Virus record (IMG/VR): IMGVR_UViG_3300013121_000004
Location: 1 to 64,000 of that record
Reading direction: 5' to 3' (one strand)
Origin: a virus
Lineage: Duplodnaviria; Caudoviricetes
DNA length: 64,000 nucleotides
Of the stretch, positions 40,734-51,448 are shown piece after piece. The first letter of the stretch is position 1. Each line of letters begins with the position of its first letter. Made by a program: the position numbers and the translations under genes. The notes under the pieces were generated by a model that saw only the letters and a list, made by a program, of their open reading frames with translations, was not told the origin of the DNA and ran no database searches.

Positions 40734-41308
40734 TTTTCTACTCCTTCGTAGTCAAGTAATGTAGCTAGAAACGAGCCGAACATATAACATGCCGTAAGAT
40801 ACGCTACTAACAGTAGCTCTTTAGCCAGCGTCACTTAAAACGCCCTCTAAATCTAGCACTATATCTTCGATGACTTCAATTTTTTCTTGCGTGGTTAATA
40901 GTTCTCCTAGCTCTCCGCTAGCGACGCAGTCGATGATCGTTACTGTCATCTCTATCATGCAATCGAAACAAGCCGGGTCTGTGTACGTTTTCTCTTTTGT
41001 AGATGATTGGTACATATATTCGGCGGGGCTTCCGCATGATCTACATACAATATGCAACCACCTACTGCTGTGTGGCATTAAGAATTTTATTTTCATATCG
41101 AATAGCAGACATATAATCGACATCTACGTTCGACCAGTCATTATTGTTCCTGATTGCCATATCGAAGCGGAAACGCCATAGGATATTCGCGAGGATCTGT
41201 ACTGACTGGCTGTCTTTGCCAAGCATCTCGGCAAGCAGAGTGATGACTTTATCTGCTTGGTCTGCAATATCTGTATCATTAAAGATCATAGGGTCAAATC
41301 GAGTATCT

Positions 41309-41737
41309 TCAGTTTCCACTACGTGTTCTCCTCTTAGTGATAATCACTGTATCCGGGCCTTGCGAAGTAACCTTCGCTTTGTTCTTACTGCCGGGTGGCC
41401 GTCCTCTTCGTTTGGACTGCGAAGGTGGCGTTTCTACCGGAGTTTTCACTACTTCCGGTGTGTTCTCCACAATTACATCTTCCTCGGCGTTAGCGTCAAA
41501 CTGCGGCCTCTGGTAAGTCTTTTTATCTCTGATGTTTCCATCCCTGCATATGTGATAGTCTGTTGAATATTCGTTCTCAAGTCGCTTATGCGTGCTTTCA
41601 TATGGGCGATAGTTAACCCAATACATCTTGGTGCATAGCTTACCATCGTCGCATACATATACGCATCTGTTATACCAACCGTGTGGCTGTTTCAGGTCAA
41701 AGTTCAACGGTTGTTCTGTGGCTTTACGTTTTACCAT
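41309..41737 (-). CDS. AT-hook-containing protein
   Basis: KRRGRPPGSKNK. Confidence 0.5.
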   Translation of the reverse strand: MVKRKATEQPLNFDLKQPHGWYNRCVYVCDDGKLCTKMYWVNYRPYESTHKRLENEYSTDYHICRDGNIRDKKTYQRPQFDANAEEDVIVENTPEVVKTPVETPPSQSKRRGRPPGSKNKAKVTSQGPDTVIITKRRTRSGN

Positions 41738-42427
41738 AAATTGTCCTATCTTTGAATAACTCTTTGACTTTTATAGCCGTAGTGCTTAGCTGTTCTGTTA
41801 CTTCGTTTCTGATAGTCTCCAATTTTCGTAATGACACTTCAGGTGAATTCCCCACCACCGACACATTAAAGAGTACTTCATTGTCTTCTCCTCCATAAGC
41901 CATAAATCTAATTGCAACGTATTCTGATTCATCGCGGGGATACCTTTCGACTTCTACGTAAAGCCCTTTATTGTGCGCGATAATCGCCCAACAATCGGAT
42001 TGATAACTGTAGCTAGAGACATCCCATCCGTCAGTTTCAGCTTGTAGGCCGAAGTATTGCTTGGCTTTTTGTTTTAAGTATTCGTCCGATACCACATTAA
42101 CTCCTGTGCAATCTCCTTAACATTATTACCGATGTCGGTAAGGTGCACTAGCTCACCATTAGAGATAGTGACAACTTTGTGGTCATTCCATTCTTCTCCA
42201 ATGGAGCCTACATAGAAGTCAATAAACTTCAAGTGTGATTTTGCGACATTCAAAATAGCATTGATAAAAACCTCAGGAGGAGAGCTAAATCTATCTGCGC
42301 GAGGCTCTCCATTTCGATAGAATGCCATACTCGACTCTGGCATCTTTTCATATAACACGTCTACTACATAAGCAGTTAGTTGTTGAGTTTTACCGAATAC
42401 ATAATAATAGTAATCAGCACTCATGTA

Positions 42428-43150
42428 TCACTCCCAATATGCTTTTCTAACCTTGAGGAGAAACTCATTGATTCGATCTAAGTCTGGTTTTTTGTCTTTA
42501 TAGGGAGAATTATTGTACGCTTCGCGCAGCCTGTTTTCAGCAGGCTCAATTATTGGCACAATATCCCTCAACGATAGCGCCTTACTCGTGTGCTGCCATC
42601 TACGTAGCGTGTCAGCAGTATGATAAGTTTGAATGTTTAGCGGAAATTTGCCGTATGTATACAGTATTGTTCCCTGCTCTAGTGTGCGTAGCCAAGTTAC
42701 AGCTAGTTTATTTGTCCTAATATCTGTGGTATCTCTTTTGAATAACCTGTCTCGTTGGGAGGCAGCATACCCAAGATATGCTCGATACGCTTTTTTACCG
42801 TCCCAGACACTGCTGAACATCCGCCTTAATTCTGTTTCAAATGCGGACGATTGCAGCGATTGGGGTTGGACTTGCTTTCTATATACATTAGAAGCCATGT
42901 ACATCTCTAGGATGGTAGGATTGCTAGCTGTTGAAAGTTGCAAAAACCTACCTACTTCGATAGATGTATAGTCGTCTCCTTCCATGATTTCTTCAGATCG
43001 ATTACCCTTATCAGCTAAACCGATACTAAGTAACTCTGCCGTAGGCTTGACATGTACTGCACGAATGTCCCAATCGGAATCAGGACGCCACAGCCCGTAA
43101 GCCCTAGAGCCTGTTAGGACGGATAAGATTACCGGGTATTTATCAGCCAT
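42428..43150 (-). CDS. Pol-beta superfamily nucleotidyltransferase (YcgL/RlaP-like)
   Basis: GSRAYGL...SDWDIRAV, NPTILE, YLGYA. Confidence 0.85.
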   Translation of the reverse strand: MADKYPVILSVLTGSRAYGLWRPDSDWDIRAVHVKPTAELLSIGLADKGNRSEEIMEGDDYTSIEVGRFLQLSTASNPTILEMYMASNVYRKQVQPQSLQSSAFETELRRMFSSVWDGKKAYRAYLGYAASQRDRLFKRDTTDIRTNKLAVTWLRTLEQGTILYTYGKFPLNIQTYHTADTLRRWQHTSKALSLRDIVPIIEPAENRLREAYNNSPYKDKKPDLDRINEFLLKVRKAYWE

Positions 43151-43420
43151 TTATACGAGACACCTCCAATCCTACTAGGGTAGTCATTATCTTTTCTCCG
43201 TTGTGCTCGACTTCGATGTATGCTTTCCTGACAGGTATATACGTACCGCCACGTACGCCTTGTTCAGATATATGCATACCACTCTCTTTGACCGTGACAG
43301 TTTTATGCTCTAGTGAGCCGTCAGGCCAGCGCACTACGACGCATTCACCGTTTCTGAACTCTCCGTAGGCATCCTTATCTACATAGTTCCAGTTACTTGT
43401 TTCTACTACCTTGCTAAAAA

Positions 43421-44335
43421 TCATTGCTCTCCAAACTGCCTTTCTACAAGCTTTTGCTTGTACCATTCGGCTACGCCACGTCCCCAAGGTAGTTTAATTT
43501 CTCGTTTGAACATCCGCCATAGTTGTTCTTTGATTTCTTCCTTACCCTCTTTAAGGCAGTCTGCTTGTACTTCCTTGATGAGTGCGCTGATATCCCGTAC
43601 CGAATGTTCGATTAATCCTTGCTCTTCTAGATGAATAAGAGCTTTGTTCCAACGAGGTTCTGTATTATAAGACTGCCCTAGGGCGGCAAGCTGTTCTTTA
43701 GTGTTTGGATTATCGTTCTTCCAGTGTACCTTTTGTACTTCTTTGTACTCTGGTCGTACATACTTAGCCATTAGTGTACGCTTACTGGCGTCAAACACGC
43801 CATATGCTTTGATGACTACGCCTTCAATAATGCCACCAAGCATTGACGGGTAGGTAAGGAAATTGTCTAGGTCAGCCTGTGATACTACGTTTCCGTAGTA
43901 CATGACTGGTGTCACTTCTAGGCCAAGCTCCTTACCTAGCTTCATTTTATCGTACAGGTCTAAGTACAGTTCCTGCCCAACTTCTACGTCGAACAGGACA
44001 AAGTTCCCATTAGGTACTCGCTCGTAAGTAATCCCATTATGGCGTAAAGCCATAATAGATTCGCCACGATACACCCATCCGGGAGTAAGTACACCGCTAT
44101 CATAAAGACGGAGCGCCGTATTGCAAGCACCTGCGAACAGGTTGTCTGCTGCATGTACGTCAACGACTGCTTTCTTAGAACGAGCTTTTAGCTCGCCCGT
44201 CTCTGGATCTACTGAGAAAGAGAACTGACTACCGTCTAGCTTCTCTTCGATTAGTACGTGGTAGTTAAAGATATCTGCCACAGCAGGATGCCCTAGATTG
44301 TAGATAGACGGATAGCTCCGTACTCCATTAGACAC
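43421..44335 (-). CDS. ATP-dependent RNA ligase (Rnl2-like)
   Basis: Motifs I EKLDGS, III YRGE, IIIa LFDV, IV EGVVIK, V AKYV. Confidence 0.85.
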   Translation of the reverse strand: MSNGVRSYPSIYNLGHPAVADIFNYHVLIEEKLDGSQFSFSVDPETGELKARSKKAVVDVHAADNLFAGACNTALRLYDSGVLTPGWVYRGESIMALRHNGITYERVPNGNFVLFDVEVGQELYLDLYDKMKLGKELGLEVTPVMYYGNVVSQADLDNFLTYPSMLGGIIEGVVIKAYGVFDASKRTLMAKYVRPEYKEVQKVHWKNDNPNTKEQLAALGQSYNTEPRWNKALIHLEEQGLIEHSVRDISALIKEVQADCLKEGKEEIKEQLWRMFKREIKLPWGRGVAEWYKQKLVERQFGEQ

Positions 44336-44954
44336 ATTCGTACTCCTTCTCCGCTACTGAGTCGTATTTTAGCTTCGCTGTAGCGATTACTTCGTAGCAA
44401 TCAGCGCCATCGTTATAGTATTGTTTGATGGCTTCCTTCTCTGCTGCTAGAGGGCTAGGAGCATACACATCGTATAAGTTCCATAGAAGACCATGTTTAC
44501 GTAGCATGACTGTATAGAGTTTCATTTACGATACCGTTCCTTACGTACTGTAGGAGATACTTGCGGGAATGCTGCTAAAATAGCTACTGTTACTGTAAAC
44601 AGGAATGAAGTCAACATAATTAATGTGCTTGCTAGCAGGATGAGTTTACTTAGCATTTATACTTATTGTCCATCAATGACGCCTGTCTGCTTTACTGGCT
44701 GAAATATCTTGATTTCATTGTCATACAAGACTACTCTTCGCTGTTTATCTTCGCGCTCCTCGACAGCTACTATAACATATCCTACACGCACACCATCAAT
44801 CATGACCTCTTGTGCGCGTATCTTAACTGGTCGCCACCCATCTTCGATAGTGTGATAAGTTATAGACCAACTCCACACACTAGATGACCAAGCTACCTTG
44901 CGCTCTCGTTTGCCATTATCGTTGAACTCCCTGTAGTAGAAAGCCTCTGAGTCT

Positions 44955-45674
44955 TTAATGGGCACCCATCGTGACACGTGAAGATGCATCCTTTCTCATA
45001 TATTCTTTTTCCATCGTTGGTTTAAGAGCCACTCTACTAAGCACGATATCGAGCATATCAAGCTCGTTCAAGTGGTTAATAGTATCGTTAGAGTTTGCCT
45101 TGAAGCACTTATCAAGTTCGTCTCGTACACGATTCTCATCTGCTGTATAAATTAGTTCCCGATTACGCTGCATCGCTTGGAAAGTGTCAATATCGATCCA
45201 GAAATTAAGCGTAACTGAGAATCGAATAGCTCGAAGGATACGGAGACTGTCTTCTCTGAATCTTTTCTCCGCATCTCCAACGGCCTTAATACACTTCATG
45301 CTAATATCGTCTACACCGTTATAAGGGTCAGTCACTTCTCCGCTTTCAGTGTCTACTGCAATAGCGTTCATAGTGAAGTCTCGTCTAGCTAGATCATCGT
45401 AGATAGTACCAACCTCTACGTTAGCAGGGTGTCTTCCGTCTATATATTCCCCATCCTTTCGGCACAGAACGTAGTCAGCAGTAAGCTGCCCCGGAATCCG
45501 CGCACGAATAGTGTAGTATTCTGGGTGCTCCAAGAAAATTTCTCCGCCCCACAGTACGATATACTCTTTCATCACTTCGTATGATGGGGCTTCCACGGCG
45601 TAATCGATATCCTTAGAAGGTCTATTGAGGTATGCATCTCTAACAGCACCTCCTACATAATAGAGCTTAATCAC
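44955..45674 (-). CDS. tRNA nucleotidyltransferase / CCA-adding enzyme (class II, compact)
   Basis: VGGAVRD, KDID, DLARRDFTMNAIA, EDSLRILRAIRF. Confidence 0.9.
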   Translation of the reverse strand: MIKLYYVGGAVRDAYLNRPSKDIDYAVEAPSYEVMKEYIVLWGGEIFLEHPEYYTIRARIPGQLTADYVLCRKDGEYIDGRHPANVEVGTIYDDLARRDFTMNAIAVDTESGEVTDPYNGVDDISMKCIKAVGDAEKRFREDSLRILRAIRFSVTLNFWIDIDTFQAMQRNRELIYTADENRVRDELDKCFKANSNDTINHLNELDMLDIVLSRVALKPTMEKEYMRKDASSRVTMGAH

Positions 45675-45686
45675 AATACCTTACCT

Positions 45687-46220
45687 TTAGCTATCATCGT
45701 CCTCGTCGTCTTCTTCGTCCCACTCTCGTGGTTCGTCGTGTTCGTTTTCTTCGTTTTCTGGCATCATCCATGTGTTGATGTTAATGTTTCCGAACCACAT
45801 ATTACCGCCGTAGTTTCTGCATTCTGTTTCTTCGGTGAACTCTACTACGGTTCCGTACTTTTCGATAGACTGCCCTAGCTTATCCTTATCTACGTACTCA
45901 AGTGGTACGAGTCCAATCATACCTGAGTCTACCGAGTAGCTGTATCCGTCAGAACCGGGATATACCCAGTCTCCAAACGCAGTACCAAAGCTAAGCACGT
46001 AGTAATTAATGTGCCGAAGATGGCCGTCTTCATCGTCTTCTAATGCGGACACACCAGCAATCGGAGAAGTCATAAAGCAGCCAGACACATCTAGAGCGTA
46101 ATCGTAATGCTTTGAAGGCATTACATAGCACGGATCTCCCAAGTAATACTTACCCGGAGGCACAATCACTTCCCAAGACTGCTTCTTAATTTTCATTCGA
46201 TAGTTATTCTTAGTCACCAT
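45687..46220 (-). CDS. Conserved phage hypothetical protein
   Basis: YYLGDPCY...VDSGMIG. Confidence 0.55.
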   Translation of the reverse strand: MVTKNNYRMKIKKQSWEVIVPPGKYYLGDPCYVMPSKHYDYALDVSGCFMTSPIAGVSALEDDEDGHLRHINYYVLSFGTAFGDWVYPGSDGYSYSVDSGMIGLVPLEYVDKDKLGQSIEKYGTVVEFTEETECRNYGGNMWFGNININTWMMPENEENEHDEPREWDEEDDEDDDS

Positions 46221-46754
46221 TATTAAACCTTACCATTACTCTTAGACTCTTCGTATAGCTTTTCAAGCTCTGAGTTGTCCATCCCGTTGTACTTATCCAG
46301 TTGTTCCTTCACCTTGTCGAGGTTTGTGCCTGTAATACATACATCGTATGCCCGCTTCCAATCGCTTCCGATCTGCATACGTTGAAAGGTACCGTACTGC
46401 ACCTTCACTTCAGGGCGACTATTCCATGCTTTAGCCATATCAGGAATATACATAGGATAGTGGAAAGTCTGAAGCACTTCACCGTCTTCTTTATCATAAC
46501 TGTAAGAGAGAGGAGCGACTTTACCGTCATCTTCCGTACACAGACTGGCACTGTAGAGATATTTGATATCAGGCATTTCTCCTTCGTAAAAGAAGTAAAC
46601 CTCTTGCACTTCTAGCGTTTTATCCATAGCATCTCGGATGCGTTCTGCGTGCTCCTTCGACTCAGTAACTGTATCTGGGCCGAACACGTTCCCATCAGTA
46701 TCGGAGCTTACAATTCCCCACAATACTTTCATCGATCCATCCCCTATTTGTTTT

Positions 46755-46830
46755 TGGCGCGCCCGACAGGACTCGAACCTGTGACACGTAGCTTAGAAGG
46801 CTACTGCTCTATCCACTGAGCTACGGGCGC
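46755..46830 (-). tRNA. tRNA-Arg(TCT), CCA encoded
   Basis: Cloverleaf: GCGCCCG/CGGGCGC acceptor, GTAGC-CTTCTAA-GCTAC anticodon arm, TTCGAGT T-loop. Confidence 0.96.
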
Positions 46831-47033
46831 GTGTATTACTTAGTCTTGTTTATTGGCGCAGTATGTTTCCCATTCTGCTTTGAACGCTTCTACAAGTTCT
46901 TCAGCAAACCCAAGTCGTTTAGCCCCTGCTACGGCTTTGAAGCATGAATCTTCCATTCGGGAATGATTCGTGCCATTGTTTGAGATACTCTTGTTCCCGT
47001 AGAGAGATTAACTCTCGCACCGTCATCAAGTCG

Positions 47034-47696
47034 TTACTCATTGACATAGCTGTTCAATTCTTTTTGCATATTGATTCGCGCTTGAGCTTCAAGTTTATCA
47101 TGGAAGAAATTCGTAAGGTAGATCCTAGGGCGAGCTAGGGTGCTTTCCAAGAACTTTTTACGTTCTTCCACGAACGTCTTGTGAGAGAACCCGGCATCAG
47201 TATACTCGTTATATACACCCCACCTGTATTCGGAATAGTTGTACATATCACCTAAGATAGCCATGTCTAAGTCCATCAAGATATCATGCGTTCTGTACGT
47301 GATATTACTATTATGGCTTTTAGTGCCGTTGATCAGGCAAGATACGCGATCAATGGCTCCTAGTGCTAAGTCCGACGGTAGCGCATTTAGAAGGAATGCT
47401 GCTGCTACTTGGGCGCTACGTTCTTCGTTGTCAGTGCGTTTAACATCATAAACGACATCGTGGAACCAGATAGCGCACTCGAGTTCCCATCTTTCCGTGG
47501 CAGTTAGCTTAAGTTCTACCGTGTTCTGCATGTCTTCTAACATCTGTAGCATGTACATTACATGACTAAGATTGTGGTAGTACCTTCCACTATAATTCGA
47601 GGTAAGCGTCCAGATAAAAGGCCATCCATTAAAATAAGAGATGAATCGCTGCCACTCTTTAAGTACTGGATATAGGCGTGGTTCTGTACCAATCAC
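47034..47696 (-). CDS. HD-domain metal-dependent phosphohydrolase
   Basis: YHNLSH, WFHDVVY, NEERSA, DLDMAIL. Confidence 0.85.
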   Translation of the reverse strand: MIGTEPRLYPVLKEWQRFISYFNGWPFIWTLTSNYSGRYYHNLSHVMYMLQMLEDMQNTVELKLTATERWELECAIWFHDVVYDVKRTDNEERSAQVAAAFLLNALPSDLALGAIDRVSCLINGTKSHNSNITYRTHDILMDLDMAILGDMYNYSEYRWGVYNEYTDAGFSHKTFVEERKKFLESTLARPRIYLTNFFHDKLEAQARINMQKELNSYVNE

Positions 47697-48220
47697 TACA
47701 GGAAACTCCTAAAGGTATATCGAATGCAGTCAGCGATCTCTTGGAATGTGTAATCCAAGGTGTCGTTTAGCTCTGATGCTACCACATACACGTCTCTACC
47801 TTCCAGAAGGTCGTCTTCAATCCCTTGAATTGCGTCTTCTAGCTCGATCGTCGCTTCGTCTATAATCGAGTAGTATTTTTTAAGAGTCTTACTGATCAAC
47901 CAAGGAGGAATAGCGAGAGGAATATCGCTACGATTGTTAGGTTGTTCCGTAGCCGAGCCCAGTTTGGCTGCCAACCCTGTCGGGATGTAGCACATAGATT
48001 CGATCGTAACAACGTCCTTGTCTTCTTCGACTAGGTAGTATAGTTTGCCTATGGATTCACTATACTGCGGGTTAATCGTCCATGTTCCGAAATTGCTGCG
48101 GTCACACAATACCCCGAGACAGCAGAACCTGCCATTTTGTCGTAGTTTTCGCCGTATTTGTGAGTACCCACCAGATTCGAGCGCATCAATCCACTCCTTA
48201 ACCAACTGCACATCTACCAT
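47696..48220 (-). CDS. Conserved phage hypothetical protein
   Basis: WIDALESGGYSQ...FCCLGV...ND...TFQEIAD. Confidence 0.55.
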   Translation of the reverse strand: MVDVQLVKEWIDALESGGYSQIRRKLRQNGRFCCLGVLCDRSNFGTWTINPQYSESIGKLYYLVEEDKDVVTIESMCYIPTGLAAKLGSATEQPNNRSDIPLAIPPWLISKTLKKYYSIIDEATIELEDAIQGIEDDLLEGRDVYVVASELNDTLDYTFQEIADCIRYTFRSFL

Positions 48221-48547
48221 CTCATTCTCCTACAGTAAATTCCTATTTGCCTTGTTTATACTTTCCGCTTTCGAGTTCATCGACCCAACTCTTGATGAGT
48301 TCGATATTAAGAGTCATAGAAAGAGACACATTCCTTTCGAGCTAACTCTGCGTTTTCTTCGTACGGGCCTTTGATGTATCCGTCAAAGATTACCGCTACT
48401 GTGCCGAGTTCACCGAGTTCATCGACGGCTGCGACCACCCGGTTTTCGTCAAAATCAGGCGGGTCACACACTACCCTGATAAGCAACATGCGTGTATGTT
48501 TTGGAATCTCAATGGGGACGTACATATTTTCTATTTTCTGTGTTTTA

Positions 48548-48623
48548 TGGTGGGCCTGCTGGGATTCGAACCCAGAACCTACAAGTTATGAGCTTGTTGC
48601 TCTAACCGTTGAGCTACAGGCCC
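48548..48623 (-). tRNA. tRNA with CAT anticodon, probably tRNA-Ile2 (lysidine), CCA encoded
   Basis: GGGCCTG/CAGGCCC acceptor with C4-G69, C5-G68 and A73; ACAAG-CTCATAA-CTTGT anticodon arm; no initiator features. Confidence 0.9.
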
Positions 48624-48634
48624 TAGCTTACGTT

Positions 48635-48663
48635 AGGGTAACATATAACGCGTTACTTTGCTA
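48635..48663 (-). promoter_or_regulatory. Extended -10 promoter (TGtTACCCT) for the tRNA gene
   Basis: tagcaa-17-taccct, 11 nt upstream of the tRNA 5' end. Confidence 0.55.
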
Positions 48664-49159
48664 GCGCGTTCCCGCCGATGTGAATGCGCGAACCATAGTA
48701 GGATTGCCGCTAAGGGACACAGGAAGCCCAAGGCGCTCGCTGACTTCGACATTCATCTGCTTAAACGAATCGCGCCGACACTTCATGCATCGATTGTTGA
48801 GATACGTAACTGTAATGTCGAATGCGCGGCAACCATCACACTCGAACTTGGCGTTGCGGATAGTAAAGACCTCTGGAAGGATGTTCATTTTGTTTCTCCT
48901 GTTAGTTTAGAAATCGATGAAGTCGTCTTCAACACCACCGGCAGCATCGTAGTGTGCAGATGCTCATTTCTCCTTGAACTTGATGTTATCAAATGGTGTG
49001 CAAGTGTGCTGATCTCCTGATTTAGTCTTGAGTACCACGATTACTTCATCCTCGAAGCACTTAGGGTACTGACGAACCGTAATGATAGCAGTCAGTGAGA
49101 TGGATGTGATTGTAACGGCGATAGCTACAATCAGTACTACAAGTACAATTGCTTCTCGT

Positions 49160-49627
49160 CTAGTCATCTGCTGCTTCTACTGCACTCATGGCTTTACGCA
49201 TCGCTTCAAGCACAGGCAAATTAGCCTCCGTAGGTACGTAGATTACCTCAGAAGACCCATCATGCAACCCTTCAACCCATCGCCACAAAAGATATTCATT
49301 TGTAATACTGTTCCCGATGATACGGTTAGCTTCTGCGATACCACGCGCACGCTCTTCGTCAGTTTGCCGCTGAAGCTGAGCAGCTTCAAGCGCCGCCTGC
49401 GCTTCAAGTACCTGAATCTTACGGTCTTGTTCGGCTCGTTTGTAAGCCGCTTCGCCAGTTTTTTCTTGCGAATAGACGCGGTACTTAGGTACTCCCCAAC
49501 AAGTACCTCCAATCAGAGCTACGACAAGCACAATAACTGCCATAACCATCAAGAAAAATACAGCCGATCCAGACTCATTGCTTCCGGTTTCGTTATACAC
49601 TGGTTCCACCTTTCTTACTAATCGCAT
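49160..49627 (-). CDS. Membrane-anchored coiled-coil protein (band-7/SPFH C-terminal-like)
   Basis: TM segment, ERARGIAEANRIIG...YL, IYVPTEANLP. Confidence 0.6.
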   Translation of the reverse strand: MRLVRKVEPVYNETGSNESGSAVFFLMVMAVIVLVVALIGGTCWGVPKYRVYSQEKTGEAAYKRAEQDRKIQVLEAQAALEAAQLQRQTDEERARGIAEANRIIGNSITNEYLLWRWVEGLHDGSSEVIYVPTEANLPVLEAMRKAMSAVEAADD

Positions 49628-49955
49628 CTAGCGCCGCCTTAACTTTGTTTCGGATTTCCGTGTAGATTTCCTGTTGCCCCTTACCCGACAGCCATTGGCT
49701 CATATTGTGCAAGAAGTGGTCAAACGTAAGCGGGGCAATCAGAGTGAGATCATCTGTGTCAGTTACCCATTCGAACGGGCTCGGACATGAACACCCTGAA
49801 TCTAGCGCATAGTATAGCTTTCCTGTTGCCTTTTCTCTCCATACGACGAGCATATTGAACGAGTACATTTCGGCAATGTCAACATCCGCGATAATCTCGA
49901 AGCCTAGTTTTTCGGGATGGTAGTAGATGTTGTGTTGGAATTTTACTGGCCCCAT
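49593..49955 (-). CDS. Conserved phage hypothetical protein
   Basis: DSGCSCPSPFE. Confidence 0.55.
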   Translation of the reverse strand: MGPVKFQHNIYYHPEKLGFEIIADVDIAEMYSFNMLVVWREKATGKLYYALDSGCSCPSPFEWVTDTDDLTLIAPLTFDHFLHNMSQWLSGKGQQEIYTEIRNKVKAALDAISKKGGTSV

Positions 49956-50317
49956 TAGTACAGCCCTCCTAACAGTTTATACGATAGAAGCACCGCCCAC
50001 ATCACGCCTAGAGCGATGACTGTCATTCCAAGCGCAAATTCGATTGCGAATAGTGTTAACTTCAATGGCTCATTGCCTGCTTTCAATAGCTGCCTTAGCT
50101 TCGACATAATAGGCATCCGCCTAGTCCATTTCTATTTGCTGCTCGTAAGATTTCAAATGCTAAGTACGCAGCTAATTCCCCCGCAGCGTTCGCATCAGGT
50201 GTAGCGTCTCCGTTTTTGTCTACGAACCCGCCGTATTCGTCTCTAGCGTGCGGATTGTTACGTGCGTATTCTCGAATCTCAGCCACAAGGAGTGAACCTA
50301 GATGCCTGATACTTTTT

Positions 50318-50611
50318 TCACTTTCTGCTAGTGCCAATACGCTGCTCCCTACAATTATTCTCGTAGATTTGACGAGTAATAGATGGACATTCTACATAGA
50401 TAAGTTCCTCCCTATCTTTTACTCGAATAGTGCAGCTAACGTAGCCGTTATCATCAGAGTCAAACGTGCCGCATTTAGCTGCGATTACTTCGTATCCGAG
50501 GTCTTCGGCCCACTTGGTGGCGTTATCTGCATTGTTATCAGCAATATCTCCGCATCCAACTGACAGCATTCCTACTGCTGCCAGACTGACCACAAAGAAC
50601 TTCTTGTACAT
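50318..50611 (-). CDS. Putative lipoprotein
   Basis: MYKKFFVVSLAAVGMLSVGC lipobox-like signal. Confidence 0.55.
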   Translation of the reverse strand: MYKKFFVVSLAAVGMLSVGCGDIADNNADNATKWAEDLGYEVIAAKCGTFDSDDNGYVSCTIRVKDREELIYVECPSITRQIYENNCREQRIGTSRK

Positions 50612-50925
50612 CTACTTACTCCTCTTCAAGGTCGATATCTCCACTCCCGCATCGCGGGTATTCTTCTACAGGTCGTTTGATGCGCTTACCGCAGTCGTAA
50701 CACTTGAACATTTACTGGCTCCTTACGCTCAGTCTTCTTAGCCGAATAGTGTATCTAGGGTTGCTATCACAATAGATAAGATCAAGACAGTCCAACCGAC
50801 TACCGCTATCACGGCGATGATTGAAGGAGGATACGAGAACATAACTACCACCGGAGGCGCAAAGCATAGAGCAAATAAGAATAAGATAGTGACTATGGTT
50901 ATGAATACAACCGCAGTCTTACGGG

Positions 50926-51357
50926 TTATCTTGGATCGTTGTAGTAATGTTTATCGTACGGTTTCTCTCCTTCCCAGTGTGGTTCAATCCAAGTCAAAGG
51001 CGGAACCTTTAGCTTGTTGTCTTCATTGGCTAAGCAGTACTGGCACATACACGCTCGTACAATCGCTCTCTGCACTCCACAACTGACGCACTTCGCGATA
51101 CGTGGTAATGCCCCGGCTGTGTCTGCGATAAACATCGCGATGTTGCCAATATCTGCTGTTAGTTCTCTGACTTTATCTACATCTCGTCTCTTTCGTATCT
51201 CCACGTGTAGCTTGGAGACGTGATAGTAAAGCTCTTGTAGCAGCGTAGCCATGTCAAGGGTAATCCACTCGCCCTTCCAAGCGTTAGCTTGTAGCTCTCT
51301 ACGCATCTCCATAAGGTACGCATTAGCTGCATTGTTGTTTGCTAGGTTGTCACTCAT
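50926..51357 (-). CDS. MazG-like helical protein with Zn ribbon
   Basis: ELTADIGNIAMFIAD; CVSC...CQYC. Confidence 0.45.
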   Translation of the reverse strand: MSDNLANNNAANAYLMEMRRELQANAWKGEWITLDMATLLQELYYHVSKLHVEIRKRRDVDKVRELTADIGNIAMFIADTAGALPRIAKCVSCGVQRAIVRACMCQYCLANEDNKLKVPPLTWIEPHWEGEKPYDKHYYNDPR

Positions 51358-51448
51358 ACATCTTCCTCTTTATGGCACGAACAATGACAGGATCTACCAT
51401 CACACCACTTGTGATTACCTACACCGCAGTAGTATGACTTGATTTTCA

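Noticed and set aside
48548-48623. Initiator or elongator tRNA-Met
   Set aside because: Paired 1-72 and no GGG/CCC anticodon stem exclude initiator; the acceptor stem resembles Ile tRNAs. Elongator Met is not fully excluded.
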